Assembly: GCA_965637545.1 (NCBI GenBank)
Contig: OZ281496.1
Coordinates: 7,688,001-7,752,000 of the forward strand
Reading direction: 5' to 3'
Source: Phallusia mammillata
Lineage: Eukaryota
DNA length: 64,000 nucleotides
Shown here: piece after piece, positions 24,001 through 35,148 of the stretch
How positions within the stretch are numbered: position 1 is the stretch's first letter
Layout of the letters: every line of letters starts with the position of its first letter
Position numbers and translations under genes: made by a program
The notes under the pieces: generated by a model
The model's input: the letters and a program-made list of their open reading frames with translations, nothing else
Told to the model about the DNA's origin: nothing
The model's database searches: none

Positions 24001-27000
24001 GTGCGAAAATGAAAAACAAATTTGACATATACTGCTTTGGGTACATATTCCAAAAAAATCACAGTTTACCTGAAAAGGAGTTAGGGAAGGTTGTATAACG
24101 TAGATTCCATCTTGAAACCCAGCGTCTCTCAGTTCAACACATGAAAGTGCTGGATTAAGGAATGTACCAAGCGGTGGTTTTGTTGCAGAATCAATTGTGT
24201 TCACCGTTAAACTTGTATTTGTCTGCTGTGCTGCTCAAAAATAATATTAGAATCAATTTACATATGTGTAGGACAATTTTTAAAGGGAATGTTTGTCACT
24301 GAAACAACCTTTTAGACACAATTTATCGTACAGGTTTTATTGTAGTTTGATTCTTTTGATAAGTTAAGCATTGTGTAATCTCAACTTGGTATTTGAATCG
24401 CATAATTTTGTCCACAAATCTAAATTATCTTTTCAGACATATGGTGACCGAAGAAGTTAAAGGCCTTTGTTAACGTTCATAGATTACCCCGAAAATTAAA
24501 ACATGTTACTTTACTTACTTTGAGAAGTATTTTCATTTATTTTCTGAAACAGCAAAACATAAGGTAGTAATAAAAAAGGATTAAACAATCAGTTGATCAC
24601 ACTATTTCAAGAATTTTCAAACACCTGGTTTGTTGTAAAAATGAGTATCCCGAAAACTAGACTCAAAGCAGCCAGGATTACAACAGCACACGCCAATATT
24701 ATAACCGCGTGCGATAACTTTTGGTGTGTTGAGGATTTTCGCAAACCATTTGGTTGTGTCGTTACAGTTTCTGTGTGATTTACAAAATAATAAAAAATGT
24801 TATTCTGATAATCAGTTGAAACGAGATGCATAAATCTTTATGCAAAAAAGGAAGCAGAAACGCCAAAAATGTTTTTGTTAAAATTAACGTGAAAGTTTAA
24901 AAATCATTCAGTTGCTTAACAGAGGAAATGGAGTAGAGTAAAACAACTTACCATAATTGTGCATTGCTCTGCTTGTTGTCTGGTCTCTGTTGTTACTTTC
25001 TTTTTGAAAATATGCTGAAGATTCTTCGTACACATTACGAAATGTCTCATGATTTCCTGGTTGATTAAATCAAAGATAAAGGTAGGTACAGGTTATAGTT
25101 TCAAATCGTTTATCTTCTGTAAAATTGCGGTTAAATTTGCGGTTTCAAAAATATGATGAGGTAATATTGCTGGTCAAACCGGCATTCCTTTACATTAAAG
25201 TATTGCCAAAGGATAAAAGCTATTAAACTAATGTTTAGTTACTGCACACATTATACCAAATCCTTTCGACAAATCTTTTGATTTATATTGATAATTTAGT
25301 CAACTTCAGCATGTAACAAGTATTGTTACAGCAACATTTTTGCTCATGTTTGATAAACCCACTTGGATTCGTATTATGAGCAACTTGCTGTCCTTTGTAA
25401 CCTCCATAGTTTCGTATGCACCAGTATCACTATTTGCAGAAGCTATAGCCATTTTAAAACTTCCATTAAAATCTGCAAAGCGTACGAACATGATACCTTA
25501 TCACCGTATGTTAACAGTTGCGAACATAAAAAAGTTGCTTTGTTGGTTCCATATACAATCTTTACCCGACGGATCTTGCGTATAAAAGATGTTTCTATAG
25601 TCTCGCATTACCTCTATTGTAACATTTGTATGTAGGGCGCATTGAAAACCTTCCTTTCGTCCAGTAGAAAAATGCTATCTAACGCTCATAACCGAAAACT
25701 GGAATGGCAATGGTTGTATTCAAAATAGCAACATTCCTGGAGATGTTTAACTAAACACTGCTTATAAAAAAGGCCTGTGTGGTATAATTACGTACACGCA
25801 AACTATTGTGTTTGCCCACGGCAATCTTTATTTAAACGCATTCTGTCATCGACAACCAACAAACAGTGGGGTGTTATTTAAAGGTTGTTACGTCTACTGT
25901 GAGAAGCAAAGAAACAACCCCCGCCTATTAATCGATACAACAATTCAAACAACATGTTTTGCAGGAGCTGCTGGATGGTTCAAAATCTTGTTGTTTTTAG
26001 TTTATGTACCACACAAATTGTACAGTGTACTTGTGACACAAAACGCTGGTGTACATCTTAACACATAATTAACATGTAAACAAGTTGCTAATCAAAACTG
26101 CCTAACTATTTGCTTACACTACCAGCAACAAAACGTACCAGACTAATATAATAATTCAATCAAACTATCGCTTAACCTTGCGGTTTATAAAAACTTTTTG
26201 CCGTTTTAATGTTCTACTGTCATTGTAAATCTAATTGTTGCTGTTTTGACCGACAATGTAATGAATGTATTGTTTACTTTTTCTGAAATTCGGTTACACT
26301 GCCACTTAGTCGTTGAATCTTATTGGATGGTTCCAAGAAGTCTCTAAGTTCTGTTGTTTGTGCAATAATGTATTAATAACTATGCGTGTGCTGATTGGAA
26401 TACTAATATTTTTCGTCTTATGCGTGTTGAGCTGGTCAAGTGGAAAAGAGTGGGCCGCGTTTTATACGAGCAAGCAAACAACTAATCACAGTGGCAAGGA
26501 AACAAACAGCATTGCTGTAATACGGTTAAATATAAAATGGTATTATTACACCTTTTTACCTAGTTGACAATACGAAACATTACTGTTCAACACATATCTT
26601 GTTAAAAAATGCTAAACCAGAGGAAAAAATAGACAACATCTTTATGACGTCAGGTCTATTTTCGATATTAAATATAACATAGTTTTCACATGTATCTTGC
26701 GCAATGAAACACTTTTGTCAGGACATATACTTGTTTAGCATGGTTTAATAGGCAATTGGCATTTAAATCCTTTGTAAGAGGCAAAACTTGTATGCGATAC
26801 AACAGAATCCAAAACGCAGGCAAATACAAAGTAAAGGCGTTTCATGTCTGTTCTAAACGTTTTTATGTCCAATTTTAGATTGGTACACACTTGATGCTGG
26901 TTTAAATTGAAGTAAAATCAATGACTCTTAAACATAACACTTCGTATAATTTGGTGTAAAGATCCGAAGTTCAGGAACAATTGAAAAAACAGGAGCATAT

Positions 27001-27129
27001 AATATGCGAGAAGCAATACCATGATTACTAAAACACATTCTTTTACGCAAATACGGGTTATAATATTATAAATCAAATATTAGAACACAAGTAAGAAAGA
27101 ATTAAATCAGTTCCGCTTATATAAACAAT

Positions 27130-27220
27130 CCTAACCACAACCATAAAGCCATTAAAACTATTTACAGTTTTCAGTTTATCATATTTATCGATAAAATACC
27201 ATAATTGTTAAATCCAAATC
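27130..27220 (-). pseudogene. Intelectin-like gene 3' remnant (last ~11 codons DLDLTIMVFYR* plus 3' UTR)
   Basis: Closely matches 50935-51015 (agccattaaaactatttacagttttca...tttatcgataaaat). Confidence 0.7.
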
Positions 27221-27780
27221 TTTCCTAACCAACATACCTTTGACACATTTCTTACCAATATTAGCTCCGTTGTGAACGGCATCAAGTTCTGAAAACAGCA
27301 GGAACGGAATAACTCCATCTCGTTTTTAGACGTTTCCATAAGCAAAACAGTCAACAAAGTTTCAACATCCACTTATCGCAAACCAACAAACAGAGGACTT
27401 TGCAGCAAGTGGTTAAAGCTTTACACCGACGCATTTCAAATGTAACCTTGTGTTGGCCTTGATACAACGCTGCTACAAAATTGTCAGTTCTTACAGGATA
27501 ATTGAAATTGACAGTTCAAGAAAATCAAACAGGTCTTTCGGAACGGTTACCCGTCCCAGTTTATTGACAAGTGTGTGCAACGATTCCTCAGCAAGAAACA
27601 CTCTACTCGAACAAAAGCTCTAGCCGATTCAACCCAAGCTGTTGAATTGCATCTTCCCTTTTTAGGGACAGTTTTCCATAAGTCCGTTAGGAACTGGGCC
27701 GGTTTATCGACTGCTGTGGCGAAGGGAAAATCGATCGAAACCCAGGAGTTGGGCAACGCCGAATCAGGGGTTCGACGGAG
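27220..27780 (+). mobile_element. Penelope-like RT/thumb fragment
   Basis: The + strand translates FPNQHTFDTFLTNISSVVNGIKF..QERNNSISFLDV..TYRKPTNRGL..W and NGYPSQFIDKCVQRFL..LPFLG, collinear with ORF 10116-11096. Confidence 0.8.
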
Positions 27781-27879
27781 GTCTTTTTGAAGTACAATAC
27801 AAATACTCGTTTTTGTCAAACTTTAGGTCCTATAGTCGGTAAAAAGGGCAATGTGTGTTTGCCAAATATCGAAACACTG

Positions 27880-28070
27880 AAAGGTTAAACTTAGTCAGGT
27901 GTGTTTTAAACTGCTCTAAATATTTCTGTGGTACTGAAAAGAGTATTACCAGCCTAATAACCATAAGTGACAGACTTTTTGTTCGCCTATTGTGTGCCAA
28001 CAATGCGACAAAACAGGTACTACAAGTATCATAATATAAATTATGACATCATAAACACGTAAGACTGATC
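27880..28070. repeat. Dispersed repeat; inverted copy at ~45320-45480
   Basis: aaactgctctaaatatttctgtggtactg...aattatgacatcataaac is the reverse complement of gtttatgacgtcataatt...gtttagagcagtttg. Confidence 0.6.
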
Positions 28071-29427
28071 TCCCCGCTGTGCAGCTCAACCTGTGCACCG
28101 AGCCAGAATTAATCTGGGCTTTTTGGGCGCTATTAGATGGTAAATACATGATATAAACCAAGTATTTCAAAACAAAAAATAAGAAGATAAATGACGGCAG
28201 TTGGTGAAATAAGAATCTGCGATGCGGCCGTCCTAGCAAAATAGTTGTGCACCCATGCACTAAGGTTTTTTGACATAACAAAAAGCATTGTTCGCGTTGT
28301 TCGTAAGCAGAAACACAATGAAATTTAGGTGGCAGCAAAAACATATTACAGTCAAACTTTGATACTATGCCACCTTGCTATTATGCCACATTCGCTGCTA
28401 TACCATGTTTGATCGAAACCAAGGAAATTCAATAGAAAATATATTTACTATGCGAACTTTCGGTTTGAGCTCATGATAAAACAAATCGTTGAATAAACAA
28501 AGGTGGTCATGTTAAGAGGTTTGGCGCTTTGCAGCGAGTTATGTAAACGCCGTTCTGTGCTTATGTCATGGCAAAACTAACAGAACTTGTTAGTTCTAGG
28601 CACGATCTATCCGGTTTTTTTTGTAATAAATTATACTGTTAGCTGTAATAAATTATAATCGTACAATACAACGTGGCATTACAGTACATTGTCACGTCAC
28701 AATGCTATGTTTAAAAACAATCCTCGCTATTATGCCACCCTCGCTACTATGCCACTTTTTCTCGGTCCCAAAGGATGTTTCATGTTTGTGTACAGATGCC
28801 AAAAATACAATGCTTCATTTTGGTAAACAAACGCAAATTCCTGGATGTCAAGCAATCATGAAACAAATTACTTGTATTATTATGACAGAATTTAACAAAA
28901 TGACAAACAGTAACTGTTGTCACTATGTTTCAACAAAAACTAATTATGACCCACCAAACAAAATGGGTTAAAAACCTAGGATGTAACTTTGGGGTTCAAC
29001 CTAAGGCTGAAGAATATCGTAGGGGTTCGGCCGTTGTAAAAAGGTTAAGAACAACTAATATAGAGGTCGCCCCATGCCTCGGTAAACCTCCGCTTGCAAC
29101 CTTTCCGCGTGCGTTTTATTTCATCTCTGTTTAATTTCACCCTGAGTAAACATTTTAACGAACATCACATTGGTAAAGCTACTTTTTGTGTTGAGTCAAC
29201 AAGTGTATTTTCTACCCTAAAATGACATTGAATGGCTTTTTACAAATATCGCATCGATGAGGTTTCGTTTTGTGTTAATAAACATGTGGGTTTTCAAATT
29301 CCCACTTTGGGTAAATCGTCACAAACATCGTCACAAACAGCACATCGATGTGGTTTCTCTTTACCGTGGGTCAACAAGTGTGTTCACAAATTGGAAATGA
29401 CACTGAAGTTTTTTCACAAACACCACA

Positions 29428-30450
29428 TCAATGTGGTTTCTGTTTAGTGTGGGTCAACTTGTGTGACTTCAAATCGCTACCACGAGCAAACCATTTTACA
29501 CAAACATCACAACGATGAAGCTTCTCTTTAGTGTGGGTCAATATGTGTGTTTTCAAACTTCTACTTTGGGTAAATCGTTTATCACAAACATCACATCGAT
29601 GTGGTTTCTCTTTACTGTGGGTCAACAAGTGTGTTTTCAAATTGGATATGACACTAAAGTTTTTTTCACACACATCACATCGATGTGGTGTCTCTTTAGT
29701 ATGTGTCAACATGTGTGTTTTCAAATCTCCGCCACGAGCAAATCTTTTTTCACACATATTACATCGATGTGTTTTCTCTTTAGTATGTGTCAACATGTGT
29801 GTTTTCAAATCTCCGCCATGAGCAAATCTTTTTTCACAAACATCACATCGATGTGGTTTCTCTTTACTGTGGGTCAACAAGTGTGTTTTTAAATTGGAAA
29901 TGACACTGAATTTTTTTTCACACACATGACATCGATGTGGTTTTTCTTTGGTGTGGGTCATCATGTGTATTTTTAATAATCCCATGCGACCAAACTTTTT
30001 TTCACAAAAATCACATCGATGAGGTTTCTCTTTAGTATGGGTCAACATGTGTGTTTTCAAATCTCCACCACGAGCAAATCTTTTTTCACACACATTACAT
30101 CGATGTGTTCTCTCTTTAGTATGGGTCAACATGTGTGTTTTCAAAGTTCCACAATGGGCAAAACATTTTTCACAAACATCACATCGATGAGGTTTCTCTT
30201 TAGTATTGGTGAACATGTGTGTTTTCAAATTTCCACGTTGGGCAACACTTTTTTCACAGACATCACATCGATGTGGTTTCTCGTGAGTGTGAGTCGACAT
30301 ATGCGTTTTTGAACTTCCCCTTTGGACAAAATTCTTTTCACAAACATCACATCGATGAAGTTTCATAATGCTGGGTGTCAGCTTATGTCGTTTTACATTT
30401 CCACGTTCAATAAACCGCTGATCAAAAACATCACTATCCTGGGATTTCAT
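29428..30450 (-). CDS. C2H2 zinc-finger protein, 11 fingers (finger 2 has His>Asn), 340 aa
   Basis: Tandem 28-aa units with TKEKPHRC-type linkers; decayed fingers follow the stop (~29200-29430). Confidence 0.88.
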   Translation of the reverse strand: MKSQDSDVFDQRFIERGNVKRHKLTPSIMKLHRCDVCEKNFVQRGSSKTHMSTHTHEKPHRCDVCEKSVAQRGNLKTHMFTNTKEKPHRCDVCEKCFAHCGTLKTHMLTHTKERTHRCNVCEKRFARGGDLKTHMLTHTKEKPHRCDFCEKKFGRMGLLKIHMMTHTKEKPHRCHVCEKKFSVISNLKTHLLTHSKEKPHRCDVCEKRFAHGGDLKTHMLTHTKEKTHRCNMCEKRFARGGDLKTHMLTHTKETPHRCDVCEKNFSVISNLKTHLLTHSKEKPHRCDVCDKRFTQSRSLKTHILTHTKEKLHRCDVCVKWFARGSDLKSHKLTHTKQKPH

Positions 30451-32935
30451 CTCTCAATTTTCGTTGTTTAAATATTATAAAGAAATATTATATTTGACTT
30501 ACGAGTGTTATGTTATAAGCTGAAACAAGACGTTTGCCTTGTTGTTTATCAGTTTGACACAATGAAACATTATGTTTAAAATGGGTTGACACACTTAGTT
30601 TCACAAATTTTCTAGAACGTAGAAGCAAAGTTATATTCACGCCATACTACAAATTTGAACAACTTGTATGCTAGGCTAAAATATACAGCCCAATGCTACC
30701 CTGGTGTAATGAGATTCAAATAAATACAACAAACATTAATGCGATTGACTTTCTGCAAAGCATAATTTTCAAGTGAAGTTTTAAGCTAACCGGCATAAAC
30801 TGGTTTCGAAATGTGGCAGTCAGCTGAGTAACAATTTCCTTCTCCAGCGTGTCCGATTACAAGCGTCAGTTATAAAACCACTAATCGGACACGGTCCACT
30901 AGCGCTGGTAAAATCAGCATGCTTCGTCCAGTACTTGAATAAAAACCAATACGTGTATTCATTTTTGCGCGATATTCGTGTAACTTCAAACTAGAGCACA
31001 ATATATCTCGCTGTAGCCAATGTGACAAACAACCAAACACACGTGACAGAGTCACATTTTTGAACCATAAGCGGTCGACGTCGCAATCAAGTGCTTGTTG
31101 GGTTGTTATCGAGTTTGGCTTTCGGCTTCACAAAGCAATGGTACACATTTGTTAAGCCCTTAAAGCATTGGAGGCCGGAAATTATTTACATACGGTTTTT
31201 GCAGACTGTTCATCCAACCAATGTTCATAATATTCGCAGTACGAAACTTGTTTCTTTTACCAATCAATCTAAAGCCCTCAAATTACATCAATTAAAGTTC
31301 CCAGGAATGTGTACAATGTGAATGTATATGGTGCATCATGGCCGATATGTCTGTGTATTTTTCATTTAAACGATTTTTATTTTTTGTAAATCATTTAATC
31401 AACAACAAAGCACAATTAATCAACATGTCCACAACCCTATTGAATTGAAATATATTGGCGATTCATTAAATAATTATACTTGTGCGTACAGGAATCAAAA
31501 GTCAGATCATCGTTACAAATTGTCGCTCATTGAAGCCCCCAAATTGCGTAAATTAAAGCGCCCAGGAATGTATACAATGTAAAAGTATATAGTGCATCAT
31601 TGCCGATATATAAGCGTATTTTTCATTAAAACTTCGATGTTTAATTTTTGTAAGTCATTTAATCAACAACAAAGCACAATTATTCATTAATTTTTGTAAG
31701 TCATTTAATCAACAACAAAGCACAATTATGTCCACAAACTGATTGAATTGAAATATATATTGTCAATGCATTAAACAATTATAATTATGCGTACAGGAAT
31801 TGAAAACAGGATGATCGTTACAAATTTCTGTCGCTCTATTTTCCGTTGCAGTATTGCAAACTTCACATGGATTCTAATGAGATTCAACAGAAGAACAATA
31901 TAATGCAAAACCCAGTGTATAAAATCCTAGACCGAACAGAATCAACTGTTGTATACAAAATTTTCACCGAATATATATTTCACCAAAAAGTTTTGGCATC
32001 TTCAGTTCCTGTAAGCGTTTACAACACTGTCATAAAAGCGATGGAAAAGTAAAACAATGATATACTTAAACAAGCTGCCAGTATATCTTGCGATTGGCGA
32101 CCAAACTTTCCAGAGTAAACCCCGAACTGTTTACTGTCGGACTGGCAAGTCTGCTTCAGGTGCATTACCGGAAAACTGCTACTGTAGGTCAATTTCGGTT
32201 CAAACTAGACTTCATTTTTGTAGAACAATATAACAAACGGATGAGGAAATTTTAGCTGTGTGACATCTTTGACAAATAGCATTTTGGTTTTATTATTACA
32301 CAGGTCAATTTACAATCTTACAACATGATACTTGTTGTTATGCAACTTTGAAACTAGACAGAGCTCGTTTATACGAAGTACATCTTAAAAAGCATTGTGT
32401 CAAAATCGTAAAGATTCTACCCTTTAGCATTTTTCAGTCTCAACGTTTTATTCCCGAAATCCGGTATATGTGCAAACTAATATAGCGTAAATATCATTTG
32501 ATTTTAAAACAATGGAAAATTAAAGTTGCTATTGTATGTTAGGATACCTTAGAAAGGTGAAAACCTTCTATATATGTTTGTTTATATCACTGATTTAAAA
32601 AGTATCGCATCTCAATAAACAAGTTGTCGTTTCATATAACTGATTTAAAAAGTGAAAAGAATTTAGTAAGTTTTTGGCAGGATCTAAACATTTTAAACAA
32701 TGCAATTAAATCTTTTAACAGTTACGCTTTGTTGCGGCGAAACAGGACACGAAAACAAACCAATTCCCAAAGTTCTGTTTTCGAAGCAGATTAGCTGATT
32801 TTTGTGTTGAGATAACGCAACACCCAATATGAGTTTCAACATAGCCTTATCTGTTTTAGGATCAAGGCCCATTATAAAACGTGTCGATAAAGTTAAAAAA
32901 ATATACTTATTTTCAGAAGAAATTGTCGTCAGACG

Positions 32936-33058
32936 CAGAGTGTTTTAAGGTGTTTTGGGGGACCGAAACGGATTAGGTTTTTTTGATATTTAAATGAAAC
33001 ACTTGTGGTCTCTTAAAACTACTTAGCGGTCACCCAAACCAAACCTTAAAAAACCCTG
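32936..33058. mobile_element. Small hAT-type MITE (123 bp)
   Basis: 8-bp TSD GTCAGACG on both sides; imperfect TIR CAG(A/G)GT(G/T)TTTTAAGG. Confidence 0.8.
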
Positions 33059-33543
33059 GTCAGACGAGATGTATAATTTGTATTAGATCTAGTACATTAT
33101 TGCGCATGTACACAGAAAGGGGAACACGTGCATACTACGTAAGAAAATAATGCTGGTCTACCACCATGTTTGAAACGAATATGTTGTTTATCTGTGTGGT
33201 GAATTAAACAATGTATCGCTTGGATATGATTGAGTTCAATTTAAAAAAATTGCAGCGTTTATAAAGCAAATGATTTCATGATCGAACCTAAGTGTTCTTT
33301 TTTGTGATACAGTGAAGAAATTCCTAAATGTACAGCAATCGAATACCCTACGGACTGGCGCAGAACTTAAACTTCTCTAGATTCAACTGGTTTGGTGAAC
33401 AGCGTCAAATGTACATGGAGTTACCGTTTTCATTGTTACTTTGTGTGGTACATGTTTTTCCACACTGTTTGGAATCAAAATCCATACAAAAAATCCAACT
33501 TTCAGCCAAAGTTAACCTTTTAATGAACATCACAAAGGTAAAG

Positions 33544-34488
33544 TTACTTTAGGTTGTGAGCCAACATGTGTCTTTTCAAATTTGAAATGTCACTGAAACT
33601 CTTTCCACAAGTGTCACATCGATGTGGTTTCTCTTTAGTGTGGGTTAACATGTGTCTTTTCAAATTTCCACTTCGGGAAAACTTTTTATCACAAATATCA
33701 CATCGAAAAAGTTTCTCTTTAGTGTGAGTCAACATGTGTTTTTTCACATTTGAAAGGATACTGAATTTCTTTTCACAAACATCACATCGATGAGGTTTCG
33801 CTTTAGTATGTGTCAACATGTGTGTTTTCAAAGTTGAACTGACACTGAAACTCTTTTCACAAACATCACATCGATGTGGTTTCGCTTTAGTATGTGTCAA
33901 CATGTGTGTTTTCAAAGTTGAACTGACACTGAAACTCTTTTCACAAAAATCACATCGATGAGGGTTTTGTTTGGTGTGGGTCAACATGTGCGTTTTTAAA
34001 TTTGAAATGATGCTGAATTTTTTTTCACAAACAACACATCGATGAGGTTTTTGTTTGGTGTGAATCAACATGTGGGTTTTCAAGCTTCCTCTTAGTGTAA
34101 ATTTTTTATCACAAGTATCACATCGATAAGGATTCTTTTTGGTGTGGGTCAACATGTGTCTTCTCAAATTTGAACTAAAATTGAAACTCTTTTCACAAAT
34201 GTCACATCGATGAAGTTTCTTTTTGGTGTGGGTCAACATGTGTGATTTTAAGTATCCACCACGAGCAAACCCTTTACCACAAACAACACATCGATGTGTT
34301 TTTTCTCCAGTGTGAGTCAACATATGTATTTTCAAAGTTCCACTTCGGACAAAAGTTTTTTCACAAACATCACATCGATGAAGTTTCGGAATACAGCGTT
34401 TCAGCTTATGTCGTTTTATATTTCCACGTTCAATAAACCTCTGATCATAAACATCACTTTGCTCGATTTTAAAGTCCTGAAATTCCAT
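33544..34488 (-). CDS. C2H2 zinc-finger protein, 10 fingers, 314 aa
   Basis: Ten intact CxxC/HxxxH units; an upstream acceptor ttcag|GTCATAAC at ~34560 defines the coding exon. Confidence 0.9.
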   Translation of the reverse strand: MEFQDFKIEQSDVYDQRFIERGNIKRHKLKRCIPKLHRCDVCEKTFVRSGTLKIHMLTHTGEKTHRCVVCGKGFARGGYLKSHMLTHTKKKLHRCDICEKSFNFSSNLRRHMLTHTKKNPYRCDTCDKKFTLRGSLKTHMLIHTKQKPHRCVVCEKKFSIISNLKTHMLTHTKQNPHRCDFCEKSFSVSSTLKTHMLTHTKAKPHRCDVCEKSFSVSSTLKTHMLTHTKAKPHRCDVCEKKFSILSNVKKHMLTHTKEKLFRCDICDKKFSRSGNLKRHMLTHTKEKPHRCDTCGKSFSDISNLKRHMLAHNLK

Positions 34489-34872
34489 CTCGTCAAATTA
34501 GTTGTCCAGGTATTATAACAAAAAGTTTTATCTGAATCATGAGTACTTTGTTATGACCTGAAGAAAGTTGTTAGTAATTTTACTATTGCACTAAATGCTT
34601 TAATTGCTGTTCCGAAGTTTAAAACATGGACATGTTATGTGTAATATTGTTTGACATAATTTTAATTGAACAAACTTACTACGTACCGGAACGTAGAAGC
34701 AAACCTATATCGACTTCATACTCCAAATTTCCAACAACATGTGTGCAAAAGTAAATACTGTATATTGAACAATACTACCCTTGAGTATTGAGAGAAAAAT
34801 AACAGAAGAAACACTTATGCGATTAACTATCTACAAAGCATAATTCACAAGTGAATTTCAAACTAACTAGTA

Positions 34873-35148
34873 CAGCGGCTCCCAACCGGGGAGGAATTCC
34901 TCCAAAGGGAAGAATTTTATAAAAACTGTAAAAAAAATAATTTGCATTGGAAATGTTACAGAATGTTTTTTTAATACATTATTATGTCCATTATAATTTG
35001 GACCCGGTTTAAATTTCAAACTAGTTGTAAAGGATTTAGAAATGGACATCCCTAGCTATAAGGTCTATTTCAAATTGTTATAATTTTTTAAGTTATATTT
35101 GTTTTTCGTCGTATGGGAAAATGGGCAAAGAGAGGTTGGGAACCACTA
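34873..35148. mobile_element. hAT (Charlie-like) MITE
   Basis: 8-bp TSD AACTAGTA; termini CAGCGGCTCCCAACC / GGTTGGGAACCACTA. Confidence 0.82.

Larger units (their letters stand above)
15511..25452 (-). pseudogene. Type II membrane intelectin-like gene, copy A (probable pseudogene)
   Basis: Exons encode MAIASANSDTGAYETM, NVYEES, TM AVIILACAVVILAALSLVFGILIF, SCVELRDAG, YCDMIAAGGGWILAATIN, YGGNL, TGFVQFRAYG, EFVCIEG, DCNDF and TIMIFYR*. Frameshifts at ~22880-22935, TAG at 15541-15543, and an LTR element in the last intron. Confidence 0.8.

Noticed and set aside
27185-27288. An apparent alternative, hypervariable last exon of the lectin (LDAVHNGANIGKKCVKGMLVRKDLDLTIMVFYR*) with a good acceptor
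   Set aside because: From ~27220 upward the DNA is the antisense of a Penelope RT fragment (FPNQHTFDTFL..IKF..NNSISFLDV); only the last ~11 codons are lectin.
27547-27819. Minus-strand 90-aa ORF as a lectin exon
   Set aside because: It is a shadow of the + strand Penelope fragment (NGYPSQFIDKC).
29515-30312. Plus-strand ORFs over ZNF genes (also 8025-8210, 34242-34518, 42969-43157, 47139-47900)
   Set aside because: Antisense shadows of the periodic finger repeats.
31005-31030. TAGCCAATG as a U4 snRNA fragment
   Set aside because: Only 9 nt match and no other U4 features are present; it is better read as a CCAAT box.
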